In this document: positions 39,667-49,237 of the stretch, piece by piece
Position numbering within the stretch: the stretch's first letter is position 1
Layout of the letters: each line of letters begins with the position of its first letter
Source of the DNA: Acidobacteriota bacterium
GTDB taxonomy: Bacteria > Acidobacteriota > CAIWXX01
Direction: 5' to 3'
DNA length: 64,000 bases
Assembly: GCA_040755995.1 (NCBI GenBank)
Contig: JBFMAF010000055.1
Span: forward strand, 96,001-160,000
Notes under the pieces: generated by a model
The model's input: the letters and a program-made list of their open reading frames with translations, nothing else
Told to the model about the DNA's origin: nothing
The model's database searches: none
Position numbers and translations under genes: made by a program

Positions 39667-41625
39667 GTGAGTTCTACTCGCCTCAGACTGGCGGCCATCG
39701 CGCTCCTCGCGGTGGCCGCCATCATCTTCTCTGCATGGTGGTTCACCCGATCGAACCCAGCTCGCGCGCCAGCCACGAAATCGGTGATCTTCGTCGGCCT
39801 GGACGGAGTCGACTGGGCGCTGCTGGACTCTCTCATGGCGCGACGCGTCATGCCCAACCTGGCGCGGCTGGTGAACGAGGGACAGGGCGGGAACCTGACG
39901 AGCTCCCATCCGCTCTTGTCGCCCCTCGTCTGGACCACCATGATGACCGGCGTGAGCCCGCTGGAACACCGTATCCTCGACTTCACACGCTACAACCCTG
40001 CCAGCCATACGCTGGAACCCATCACTGCGGATGAGAGGGCCGTGCCCGCCGTCTGGAGCATGGCGACGCAGCAAGGCATCACGTCCGCGGTCCTCGGTAT
40101 GTGGGCCACCCATCCCGCCGAACCCGTGAACGGCACCGTCGTCTCGGACCGGTTCTTCTCGCTGGTGCCGGGCTTCTCCGCCCGTTCTCCGGCCTCTGTT
40201 CATCCCTGGGAGATCGAATCGTGGGTGAGAAGGGTGGCTGACGAGACGGCGGCATCCGTCGACCTCAGCGCGATGAGAACATACATTCCCGCTCTGGGGG
40301 CGGAGGAGCTCGAAGGCGCGAGCCAGTCGGCTCAGCCTTACTCCAACCCCGTCAGCGCGCTCAGGCAGATACTCATCGAGACTCGGACGCAGGCCCGGTT
40401 GTCGCTGGAGCTCCTGCGAGACCGAAGTCCGCAACTCTTGATCGCTTACTACGAGGGGACAGACGCGATTGGTCACGTGTTCGCTCCGTTCGCGCCCCCC
40501 CGACAGGACGGAGTGACGGTGGAGGATTTCGACCGCTACAGCCGCGTCGCGGAGACCTACTTCGGCGAGATCGACTCGATCATCGGCGACTATCGCGAGG
40601 TCGCGGCAACGTCGGGCGCCGTCCTTGTGCTCGCCTCTGACCACGGCTTCCACTGGAACGAGGGACGGCCGAAGGACATCTCCAGTCTGGCTGGGCCGAC
40701 GGCCGCCAAGTGGCACAAGCTGGAAGGCATGTACTTGATCTGGGGGCCGAACGTTCAACCGTCGCCCGGGCATGCCGGCCACGGGACCGTTGCGCAGGTT
40801 TGCTCCACGCTGCTGTCGCTCCTCGGCATGCCTCCCGCCAAGGATCTCCCTGAACCGCTCGTGCGCGCGTCAGGACCAGCGCCGTCAACAGTCGTAGACT
40901 ACAAGGCAGCGTATCAGCGCCCGGCCGCCGAACCAGCGCCCCCCGGCTCTGACGCCGCCGGCGAGATCGAGAAGCTTGCTGCACTGGGATACATCTCCCC
41001 CGGCGCAGGACCAACCGCCGCGCCGCGGCCGCCGTGGGCATCGACGCGCACGCCCGGCTCATTCAACAACGAGGGGCTCTTGCTCAAAGCCGCCGGAGAG
41101 ACGGAGCGAGCAGAGGAGGCGTTCGAATCGGCACTGAAGCTCGATCCCGCGTACAACTCAGCCTGCTGGAACCTCAGCGAGCTGCTGTTCGAGGGTGGAC
41201 GCGAGCTGGATCGTGCCGATGAGCTGCTCATCCGTGCGATTGCAGGCGGCCTGTCCGACGGCGTCCGGTTCGCCGTCGGGCGAGCCATGCTCTACCAGCG
41301 CACCGGAAGACTCAATCGATCCATATCGCTGCTAGACCGCGCCGTGGCGACCAGGCCGGCCGAGTCCGATCTGTGGCTCCTCCGCGGCAGATACCGCCTG
41401 GAGACCGGCGACTGCCCCGGCGCACTCTCGGACTTCGAGACCGCTGCATCGCTGGCGCCAGAATCCGCCTCGGCCCACGCATCCGTCGGGACAGCAAGCC
41501 TTTGCATCGGCGACCTCAACCGCGCGAAGCGCGCCTTCGATCGCTCGCTGGAGCTTGACCCGAGCCAGCCCGAGATCCGCGCCTGTCTGCACCAGCTCGC
41601 AGCGAGCACGGAACACCAAAGGTAG
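39667..41625 (+). CDS. alkaline-phosphatase-superfamily (nucleotide pyrophosphatase/phosphodiesterase-like) protein with C-terminal TPRs
   Basis: N-terminal anchor, VGLDG, SPLVWTTMMTG, D.IGH, SDHGF, LAALGYI, TPRs. Confidence 0.85.
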   Translation: MSSTRLRLAAIALLAVAAIIFSAWWFTRSNPARAPATKSVIFVGLDGVDWALLDSLMARRVMPNLARLVNEGQGGNLTSSHPLLSPLVWTTMMTGVSPLEHRILDFTRYNPASHTLEPITADERAVPAVWSMATQQGITSAVLGMWATHPAEPVNGTVVSDRFFSLVPGFSARSPASVHPWEIESWVRRVADETAASVDLSAMRTYIPALGAEELEGASQSAQPYSNPVSALRQILIETRTQARLSLELLRDRSPQLLIAYYEGTDAIGHVFAPFAPPRQDGVTVEDFDRYSRVAETYFGEIDSIIGDYREVAATSGAVLVLASDHGFHWNEGRPKDISSLAGPTAAKWHKLEGMYLIWGPNVQPSPGHAGHGTVAQVCSTLLSLLGMPPAKDLPEPLVRASGPAPSTVVDYKAAYQRPAAEPAPPGSDAAGEIEKLAALGYISPGAGPTAAPRPPWASTRTPGSFNNEGLLLKAAGETERAEEAFESALKLDPAYNSACWNLSELLFEGGRELDRADELLIRAIAGGLSDGVRFAVGRAMLYQRTGRLNRSISLLDRAVATRPAESDLWLLRGRYRLETGDCPGALSDFETAASLAPESASAHASVGTASLCIGDLNRAKRAFDRSLELDPSQPEIRACLHQLAASTEHQR

Positions 41626-41692
41626 AGAGCTCCGGCGATTGCGTGACCGACGCGGCCGTGCTGGACCAATTCGCGTTCGTTGCCGGGACGTG

Positions 41693-42991
41693 TCAGGCGT
41701 CCAGTCTGCTTTGGCGCGCGACGACGATCGCCTCCGTTGACTCGGGACTCGCGCGGACTACCCGAACCCGGGTGGCTCCAGGCGCGGTTCCAGGCGGCAC
41801 GTTGGTTCGTATGTAATTGCCCGTAAGCGCCTGGTCCCCCTGGCTCAGCACCACCGCGTCCAGCTCGCGACCCACAAAGCGGCTGCGGAAGGCGTAGCTC
41901 GCTTCGCGCGAGATTCGTCGGAGGATTCCGCAGCGCTCGGCCACCACGTGATGCGGGATTCGATCTGACATCGTCGCAGCCGGGGTTCCCGGTCGAGGCG
42001 AGAAAGGGAAGACGTGGAGGTAGCTGAAGTTGAGATCCTCGACCAGCCGCACCGTCTGCTCGAACTCGGCATCCGTCTCCGCTGGGAACCCGGCCATCAC
42101 ATCCGTGCCGACGGCGATATCGGGGCACAACTGGCGGAGCCGCGTGAGGCAGTCGTGGATGCGATCGGGGTTGCACCGGCGGTTCATCCGCTTCAGGACA
42201 GCGGGTGAGCCGCTCTGGATTGGAATGTGAACGTGCGGCCTCAGGTGCGCGGAGGTGCCGAGAAGCTCTACAACCCTCGGCGTGATCCGCCACGGCTCGA
42301 TCGAGCTGATTCTCACCGGTGGGCATCGCCCATCCAGCCTCGCAAGAAGGTCGGCCAGCGACACTCGCGGCTCCAGGTCCAGTCCGTACGCGCCCAGCAG
42401 AACGCCGCTCAGAATCACCTCGGCGAAGCCTGCCTCCCCGTAGGCCCGGCACTCCGCCAGCACCTCTTCCGGCGAGACCGATCGAATCGTGCGCCCGCGC
42501 AGGGTGGGGACGATGCAGAACGCGCACGATAGATTACATCCGTCCTGAATCTTGAGAATCGGCCGCGTTCTGCTGGTCTCGAAGCGCCGGACGCGCGGAA
42601 GACTCTCAGGCAGGAGTGATCCGGGAATGCGGGACTTCTCAGCGTTCGTGAGGACGACAACGTTTCCCGGCAGGGCGGCGGCTCCCGTCGCGTCGCGATC
42701 GGCGTAGCAGCCGGCCACGACGATCCGGCAGCTCGGGTTTCCCCGGGCGATCCTGCGCACCAGTTGACGCACCTGCCGCTCGGCGCTCGATGTGACGGCG
42801 CAGGTGTTTATGACGACGTGCGTCGCTGCATCCGGTGCCGCCACGATGGCCCCACCACGCGCGAGAATCTCCTCCTCCAACCGCAGCCCCTCCGCCTGGT
42901 TGACCTTGCAACCGAAGTTCACGATGCAGACGCTCGGAGCAGTTGTCGGTTGGCAGTTGTCAGTTGACAGTTGCTCGCGCGAGTCCCGCAC
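41693..42991 (-). CDS. mtaB: tRNA t6A methylthiotransferase MtaB
   Basis: GCKVNQ, NTCAVT, KIQDGCNLSCAFC, RISSIEP, HIPIQSGS, HVFPFS.RPGT; start uncertain (GTG 42991 or 42922). Confidence 0.9.
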   Translation of the reverse strand: MRDSREQLSTDNCQPTTAPSVCIVNFGCKVNQAEGLRLEEEILARGGAIVAAPDAATHVVINTCAVTSSAERQVRQLVRRIARGNPSCRIVVAGCYADRDATGAAALPGNVVVLTNAEKSRIPGSLLPESLPRVRRFETSRTRPILKIQDGCNLSCAFCIVPTLRGRTIRSVSPEEVLAECRAYGEAGFAEVILSGVLLGAYGLDLEPRVSLADLLARLDGRCPPVRISSIEPWRITPRVVELLGTSAHLRPHVHIPIQSGSPAVLKRMNRRCNPDRIHDCLTRLRQLCPDIAVGTDVMAGFPAETDAEFEQTVRLVEDLNFSYLHVFPFSPRPGTPAATMSDRIPHHVVAERCGILRRISREASYAFRSRFVGRELDAVVLSQGDQALTGNYIRTNVPPGTAPGATRVRVVRASPESTEAIVVARQSRLDA

Positions 42992-43103
42992 GAGTCCAGC
43001 GTCACGCGACCTGGTATTGGACGATGCGGCAGAGGAGGACCCGTTCACGATTATGTCGACGTCCACGTTCACGGAAGCAAAGAGGATGCCGCTCGATCAG
43101 GGT

Positions 43104-43619
43104 TCACGAAGGCGACTTGCCTGCGGCCAATGAGGCTTTCAGCTCCTCGGACTTGCGTGCCACGTCCTCGGCCATCCGGCGTCGGTAGTCGCCCAGCTTC
43201 GACGCGACCTCCGCCTCAGTGATACCAAGGATCTCGACGGCCAGGATCGCTGCGTTCGTCGCGCCCGGCTTGCCGATTGCCACGCATGCGACGGGAACGC
43301 CCGCGGGCATCTGTACAGTGGCGTAGAGCGAGTCGACGCCATGGAGCGGTGAGGCGTCAAGCGGAACTCCGACTACGGGCAGCGTAGTGTGGGCAGCGAT
43401 GACACCGGCGAGGTGAGCGGCCCCGCCCGCCCCCGCGACAATGACCGCCACTCCACGATCTCTCGCCTGCTCCGTCCACACCCGAACGCGCTCCGGCGTC
43501 CTGTGCGCCGACATGACCTCGACTTCGTACTCGACCCCGAAACGCTGCAGGATCTCCGTCGCGGTCAGCATCACCGGCGCATCGGATGCACTTCCCATTA
43601 CAACAGCTACTTTCTTCAA
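43104..43619 (-). CDS. purE: N5-carboxyaminoimidazole ribonucleotide mutase
   Basis: VMGSASD, SAHRTP, AGAGGAAHLAG, QMPAGVPV. Confidence 0.96.
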   Translation of the reverse strand: MKKVAVVMGSASDAPVMLTATEILQRFGVEYEVEVMSAHRTPERVRVWTEQARDRGVAVIVAGAGGAAHLAGVIAAHTTLPVVGVPLDASPLHGVDSLYATVQMPAGVPVACVAIGKPGATNAAILAVEILGITEAEVASKLGDYRRRMAEDVARKSEELKASLAAGKSPS

Positions 43620-43743
43620 GGTTTCACCTCATTCCTATCAAGAGGTTCCAGGTTCAAGGTTCAAGGACGCGGGCGCCTGAGCGTGGCTGGGTGGGTGAAT
43701 CGCCACGCGCTCGACCACCGAGACTGCAAGTTCACCGGGCGGT

Positions 43744-45006
43744 TCAGGCGGAGAAGGCCGCGACGTCGCGGCGGTAGTGGATCCCCTCGAACGAAATCGC
43801 CGCCGCGGCCTCGTACGCCTTCGAACGCGCATCCGCCGCCGATCGGCCGCTGGCGCACACCGACAGAACTCGCCCGCCTGTGGTGACGAGCGGACCTTCT
43901 CGGCTCTCGGTGGCTGCGTGGAAAACGACTGCACCCTTCTTCGTGGCCTCTTCGAGCCCATGGATCTGCTTTCCCACTTCCGGCTCTTCCGGATAACCCC
44001 GACTGGCCAGCACAACACACACGGACGTCAGGGCGTTGCGGGCCGGCACGTTCGGGGCCTCGCCCCTCGCGCAGGCGGCCATCGCCTCGCCCAGGCCCGT
44101 CTCGATCGTCAGCATGAGTGGCTGCGTCTCCGGATCCCCGAAACGGCAGTTGAACTCGAGGACTCGCGGCCCTCGGTCAGTGATCATGAGACCTGCGTAC
44201 AGAAGCCCGCGGTACTCGTAGCCCTCTGCTGCCAGCCCTCGCACGACCGGCAGCACGACGGAATCCATGATCCGGTCTTCGGTGGCGGATGTAGCGAGCG
44301 GGGATGGCGACACTGATCCCATTCCGCCGGTATTGGGGCCATGGTCGCCGTCCAGGAGGCGTTTGTAGTCCTGGGCCGTGCCGAGCGCGATGGCTCCGTG
44401 TCCGTAGGCGAGCGCGAAGAAGGACATCTCGGTGCCCCGCAGGCATTCCTCGATCAGTATCCGATCTCCCGCATCCCCGAATTTCCGGTCGGTCATGATG
44501 GAGCGAACCGCCCTCGCAGCTTCGTCGCGTTTCTCGGCGACCACCACTCCCTTGCCCGCTGCCAGGCCGTCCGCCTTGACCACTACGGGATAACCGAACG
44601 GCGGCAGCTGCAAGAAGTCCAGCGCCTCGGCGGCGGAATCGAACTCCACGGACCGTGCCGTAGGCACGCCGAATTTCTTCATGGTCTTCTTGGCGAACAC
44701 CTTGCTGCCCTCGATGCGCGCCGCCGCGGCCGTAGGGCCGAACACCAGAGATCCATGCGCCACCAGCTCGTCGGCCATGCCCAGTGCCAGCGGCGCTTCG
44801 GGCCCCACCACGACCAGGTCCGTGCCGATCGACTTCGATTGCTCGACCACACCGCGGATGTCGGCTGCCTTCACCGGAACGCGGGTCGCCACCGCCTCCA
44901 TTCCCGCGTTCCCGGGTGCCACCCAGACGGACCAGCCTTCGCTGGCCAGCTTCCACGCCAGCGCATGCTCACGACCGCCGGATCCTACGACAAGTGCCTT
45001 CTTCAT
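43744..45006 (-). CDS. purD: phosphoribosylamine-glycine ligase
   Basis: GSGGREHAL, VGPEAPL, EGSKVFAK, KADGLAAGKGV, GPNTGGMG, EFNCRFGDPE. Confidence 0.97.
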   Translation of the reverse strand: MKKALVVGSGGREHALAWKLASEGWSVWVAPGNAGMEAVATRVPVKAADIRGVVEQSKSIGTDLVVVGPEAPLALGMADELVAHGSLVFGPTAAAARIEGSKVFAKKTMKKFGVPTARSVEFDSAAEALDFLQLPPFGYPVVVKADGLAAGKGVVVAEKRDEAARAVRSIMTDRKFGDAGDRILIEECLRGTEMSFFALAYGHGAIALGTAQDYKRLLDGDHGPNTGGMGSVSPSPLATSATEDRIMDSVVLPVVRGLAAEGYEYRGLLYAGLMITDRGPRVLEFNCRFGDPETQPLMLTIETGLGEAMAACARGEAPNVPARNALTSVCVVLASRGYPEEPEVGKQIHGLEEATKKGAVVFHAATESREGPLVTTGGRVLSVCASGRSAADARSKAYEAAAAISFEGIHYRRDVAAFSA

Positions 45007-45040
45007 CGTCTGTGGATTATTCCACGGGGGCCACGCGCGG

Positions 45041-46222
45041 TCAACTCGTCCGGCCCCGTAGGCAGGCATCGAGATCCGAGGCCCATCTCTCGTAACCGGC
45101 GTGGACGATTCTTTTCAGGAAGGTGTGCCGGAGCACGCGGGCCGAAGGGCTCTTCCGTTCGATCGTCCCCACGTCGACGGCGTAGCCGGCTGCAAGAGTC
45201 TCGGCGTCCTCGTAAATGGGCTCCCTTCGGAAGTTGATCGAATCGAGCGCGCGAGCAATGTGCATGAAGAACTGTGTTTCGAAGCGCAGGGGAGGGCTGA
45301 GAGGCGGCACCTCGCCGAGCCCGAACACATACGTTGCGTGGTCCTCCTGATTCAGCACCTCCACTATCAGGCTCGACCCGGCTTCGCACATGAGGTACAA
45401 GAACGAGTTCCTCAGCAGCAGCTCGTCGTCCGGAATTGCCCTCTCATCGGTAGCCCCGGAGAGGCCCGTGTTGAGCTCGCTGACACAGAGCCGGCATGTG
45501 CCGAGCCCGGAGATGTGGGCCGCCTCCTGCCGGCGAAGAATCGGCGCTGTCTCGAACGAGTGCCCTGCCGGAACTTCGATAGGAATGCCCGGGAGGAGGT
45601 CGCAGTTGGGAGCCAGCAGAGCACCTAGCCGCGCGGCCCGACCGGCGTGGTTGCGCATAGCGATGCCAATCGTTTCGCGGAACTCGTCGGTCAGCTTCCC
45701 GAGCTTGCGCACCTTGAGAACGCTGCCTTCGATTAGCTGGAGGTTCACGGACCAGTCGTCCGGATCGAACGAGTCATCCAGCACGTAGGAAAGAGGCAGG
45801 TGGAACGGGGGGGACGAGTCCGGGTAGCAGAGAACCGATGTCGGGTAGACCTCGATGTCTCCGGTTGCGAGCTCGGTGCCGAGCCCGAACTGGCATGGGA
45901 ACGCCTTCGAGGATTGGGTGTCCTGGAGGAAGAGCCCCTTGAGTATCCGGTTGCGCCGCTCGAGCCGCAGCTCATCGTAGAACATCTCGAAATCCCGGCC
46001 CAGCTTCTGCACGAGCAGGAGCTCATCGGGATAGACCCGCAGTCCGATCATCAGATCCTGTCGAGTCAGCCCTTCGACCTGGAGGAGATCGATTGTGCGC
46101 AGTCCGGCGCCACTGATCATCAGTCTGCCCCCGGCCAGGCTCAGGACGGCATCCGAGGGCCGGCCGCCTCCAATCGAAATCGTGCAGCCGTAGCTCCGTT
46201 TCGCCTCGACTGCTTCTTGCAC
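45041..46222 (-). CDS. hypothetical protein with an internal duplication (two PH-like beta modules, inferred)
   Basis: repeated ...LVQKLGRDFEMF / ...KVRKLGKLTDEF ending two ~90-aa beta-rich segments. Confidence 0.65.
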   Translation of the reverse strand: MQEAVEAKRSYGCTISIGGGRPSDAVLSLAGGRLMISGAGLRTIDLLQVEGLTRQDLMIGLRVYPDELLLVQKLGRDFEMFYDELRLERRNRILKGLFLQDTQSSKAFPCQFGLGTELATGDIEVYPTSVLCYPDSSPPFHLPLSYVLDDSFDPDDWSVNLQLIEGSVLKVRKLGKLTDEFRETIGIAMRNHAGRAARLGALLAPNCDLLPGIPIEVPAGHSFETAPILRRQEAAHISGLGTCRLCVSELNTGLSGATDERAIPDDELLLRNSFLYLMCEAGSSLIVEVLNQEDHATYVFGLGEVPPLSPPLRFETQFFMHIARALDSINFRREPIYEDAETLAAGYAVDVGTIERKSPSARVLRHTFLKRIVHAGYERWASDLDACLRGRTS

Positions 46223-46225
46223 GCG

Positions 46226-46861
46226 CTACATTGTCAGGCGATCACCGCACTCGGGGCAGAACTTCGCCCTAGCATTCGCCTCTGCTCCACACTTCGCGCA
46301 CGTCACCTTCATTGCGAGTGGCGCCCCGCACTCAGGGCAGAACTTGCCGCCCTCCGTCTTGGCCCCGCATGCCTTGCATATGACCACGGCGCCGGTCTTG
46401 ACGTCGATCTTGTCGACGTAATTGGTCTTCCGCGCCTTCTCGTGAATCTGATCCTTGGTCGCCTGCGCCTGGGCGGCGGCGACTTCCTCCTGTGCGTCCG
46501 GCGCGCATTCCTCGCAGAGTCCCTTGCTCTCGTTCCAGCACACGTCGGGGCAGACCCAGCTCCCGCACCTCGTGCACTGCCGGAAACGCGGTCTGACCTC
46601 CTCCACCGCCTTCCTGAACGCCTCGTCGTGGGCCTTGCTGCCCACCGCCCGCTGGATATCGTAAGTCGACGATCCCACTCGCCCCAGAACGCCGCCGAAC
46701 AGCTGGCCCGCAGCCCGCAGAACGTCCGAGGCGACGCCCGTGTATGACGTCTGGAACTCAGACATGTACCCGTTCCCGCACCTGTCGCAGATGAACTTGA
46801 ACTGGTAGCCGCGGTCAGTCGACAGATCTTCGTGGTTCTTCGTGAACTGGATAACTCCCAT
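46226..46861 (-). CDS. multi-zinc-ribbon (double zinc ribbon) protein
   Basis: eight Cys pairs (CDRC, CTRC, CPDVC, CEEC, CKAC, CPEC, CAKC, CPEC); GGAGG RBS. Confidence 0.85.
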   Translation of the reverse strand: MGVIQFTKNHEDLSTDRGYQFKFICDRCGNGYMSEFQTSYTGVASDVLRAAGQLFGGVLGRVGSSTYDIQRAVGSKAHDEAFRKAVEEVRPRFRQCTRCGSWVCPDVCWNESKGLCEECAPDAQEEVAAAQAQATKDQIHEKARKTNYVDKIDVKTGAVVICKACGAKTEGGKFCPECGAPLAMKVTCAKCGAEANARAKFCPECGDRLTM

Positions 46862-46970
46862 GCCGGTACCTCCGAAGCCCCAGATCATAGCGTCGGCCCA
46901 TTCGCGGGTCAACCGGCACCAGGCGGCACCAGGCGCTGGCGCTGTCCGGTGGGCGTCTGGTTATGCCGCG

Positions 46971-47058
46971 GCCGCCTCCTCCGGGGCTTGCCGGTCGGGC
47001 GCGTATCTTATCCCAGGGCTGAAGCCCTGGGCTATTGGCTTTTCGCCCCTCCGGGGCT
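46971..47058. repeat. REP-like composite element, copy 2
   Basis: cgccYctccggggct flanks around the hairpin cccagggc-tgaa-gccctggg. Confidence 0.7.
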
Positions 47059-47264
47059 CCAGCCACGATTCCCATGGGCCGTTGTCGAGAGGTGCGTATT
47101 TCACCACTTGGCGATCCGGCGGCCTCCCCGGGGCGCTCGCCGGCGTCGACGTGAACGTGAATGGACGACGACAACGATTGTCCGCGCACACCTCACACCC
47201 TTGATTGCTCGGCTGCGTTCAAATAAGATGCCCCTGTCCGTCTGGAGAACTAGGAGACTCTGTC

Positions 47265-49181
47265 ATGCTCGATGTGATGCGTCGCAACATCAAGTCGCTG
47301 GCCGTAACGCTATGGGCGGTCATCGGCGCGTTCATTATCTTCATTTTCGTTGACTGGGGGATGGGGCGGGTCGACCAGCCTACGGGCAAGTCGGTGGTCG
47401 CCATGGTGAATGACCAGCCGATCACGGCTGACGCGTATCGCGAGATGTACTTCTCCCAGTTGCGGCGCATGCGCGACATGTTCGGGGGTAGGTTGGACCG
47501 GAACATGATCCGCCAGCTGAACATCGAGAGCAGCGTACTGGAGAGTCTGGTGGCCGAGGAGATCATGGTGCAGGAAGCCGCCCGCATGGGGTTCGCGGTG
47601 ACCGACGAGGAGCTGCGCGACGCCATAGTCAACAACCCCAGCTTCCAGGACAACGGCCGCTTCATCGGAGCTGCGCAGTACGAGCGCCTGCTGATGATGA
47701 ACCACAAGACGATTCCGCAGTTCGAGGCCGAGTTGCGGCGTCAACTTCTGGCCAACAAGCTTCGCCAGGTCGTCACCATGCCCCTCTCGGTATCGGACGC
47801 CGACGTCAGGGACTCGTACTACCAGAGCCACGAGAAGGTCAAGATTGCCTACGTGTTGTTCAAGAGTGTACCCGATCTCATGGACCTCACGGACTCCGAG
47901 CTGCGTGCCTACTTCGACAAAAACCGCTCGCAGTTCGACATCCCTGAGAGGCGCAAGGGGCGATATCTGGTGATGGAGATCGAGCGTGTCCGCCAGCAGG
48001 TGAACGTGACCCAGAAGGATATCGAAAACTACTACAGCGAGCATTACGACCAGTGGAAGGTCGAGGAAGAGGTCCTGGCACAACGTATCACCATCAAGTC
48101 CGACAAACGCTCGTCTGACGAGGCCAGGGCACTTGTGGTGAAGCTGCTGGATCGGGCGCGCAAAGGAGAGGATTTCGCCAAGCTCGCGCGGGAGAACTCC
48201 GAGGACGAGGTCGCCGCCGGCGGCGGCGACATGGGGCCGATACAGCGCGGGGGGCTCTCGCCCGTCGAGGAGATTGCGGTATTCGGTGCGCCGGAAGGAA
48301 CCACTACGGAGCCGATCGAGACGGATGGCGGATGGGCCATCTACAAGATCAACAAGAAGACTCCTGCATCGGTGCGCTCTCTGCAAGAGGCCGAGCCTCA
48401 GATCCGTTCGGTGCTGTCGTGGGAGCGGGCTCGCGAGGCGATGGACAAGAAGGTCACGGAGATCCTGAAGGTCGCGCAGGAGAGCAAGAGCCTGGACAAG
48501 GCGGCTCAGAGCAGCGGCCTGACCGTGAAGGAGTCGCCGTTCCTTGCGAAGGGCGACGAGTTTCCCGCGCTTGCGGATGGAGGTCAGTTCAGCCAGGCCC
48601 TGTTCGAGGCGAAACAGGGCGAGATCTCAGGCCCGCTGCAGCTCGGGGCCAGCAGCGTCATCTACGCGTATGTGGCGAGCGAGGCGCCGCGCCCCGCGAA
48701 GTTCGAAGAGGTGGCGGAGAAGGTAAAGAAGGCGCTCTCAGCCGTCAAGCGCAAGGAAGAGGCTCTTGCGAAGGCGCAGGAGGCCATGAATGCAATCGGC
48801 GCCGGCGCAAAGCCCGAGGATGTGGCGAAGAGCCGGGGAGCGGAGGTGAAGGACTACGAGTTTGCGCGGAATTCCTTCATCCCGGACCTGGGCAGCAGCA
48901 GCTACATCGACGACCGGGCGTTCTCGGCGGAACCCGGTGTGTGGATCGGCCCGTTCCGGGTCAAGGACGGTGCATGCGTCTTCCGGGTGGTGCAGAAGAC
49001 CCCGGTGCTCGCCGAGGAGTTCGAGAAAGAGAAGGACGCCACCCGCCAGACTCTCCTTGATGAGAAGCGCAACAAGTTCTTCGACGCCTATCTGCAGCTG
49101 CTGCGCAAGAAGAAGCGCATCGTGATCCAATCGCAGACCCTGGCGGACCTGAACCAGATGCTGGTCGCCCGCGCCGGCTAG
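47265..49181 (+). CDS. PpiD-like periplasmic chaperone (SurA_N + parvulin domains)
   Basis: N-terminal TM, VAMVND..I, VTDEEL, GEDFAKLARENS.D....GGDMG; AGGAG RBS. Confidence 0.88.
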   Translation: MLDVMRRNIKSLAVTLWAVIGAFIIFIFVDWGMGRVDQPTGKSVVAMVNDQPITADAYREMYFSQLRRMRDMFGGRLDRNMIRQLNIESSVLESLVAEEIMVQEAARMGFAVTDEELRDAIVNNPSFQDNGRFIGAAQYERLLMMNHKTIPQFEAELRRQLLANKLRQVVTMPLSVSDADVRDSYYQSHEKVKIAYVLFKSVPDLMDLTDSELRAYFDKNRSQFDIPERRKGRYLVMEIERVRQQVNVTQKDIENYYSEHYDQWKVEEEVLAQRITIKSDKRSSDEARALVVKLLDRARKGEDFAKLARENSEDEVAAGGGDMGPIQRGGLSPVEEIAVFGAPEGTTTEPIETDGGWAIYKINKKTPASVRSLQEAEPQIRSVLSWERAREAMDKKVTEILKVAQESKSLDKAAQSSGLTVKESPFLAKGDEFPALADGGQFSQALFEAKQGEISGPLQLGASSVIYAYVASEAPRPAKFEEVAEKVKKALSAVKRKEEALAKAQEAMNAIGAGAKPEDVAKSRGAEVKDYEFARNSFIPDLGSSSYIDDRAFSAEPGVWIGPFRVKDGACVFRVVQKTPVLAEEFEKEKDATRQTLLDEKRNKFFDAYLQLLRKKKRIVIQSQTLADLNQMLVARAG

Positions 49182-49209
49182 AGGCCTAGAGGCCTGGAGG
49201 CCTGGAGGC
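49179..49209. repeat. octamer tandem repeat (T[A/G]GAGGCC)x~4 between convergent genes
   Basis: tagaggcc tagaggcc tggaggcc tggaggc. Confidence 0.65.
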
Positions 49210-49237
49210 GGCCGGCGCCGTGCCTCGCGCCGCCAGG

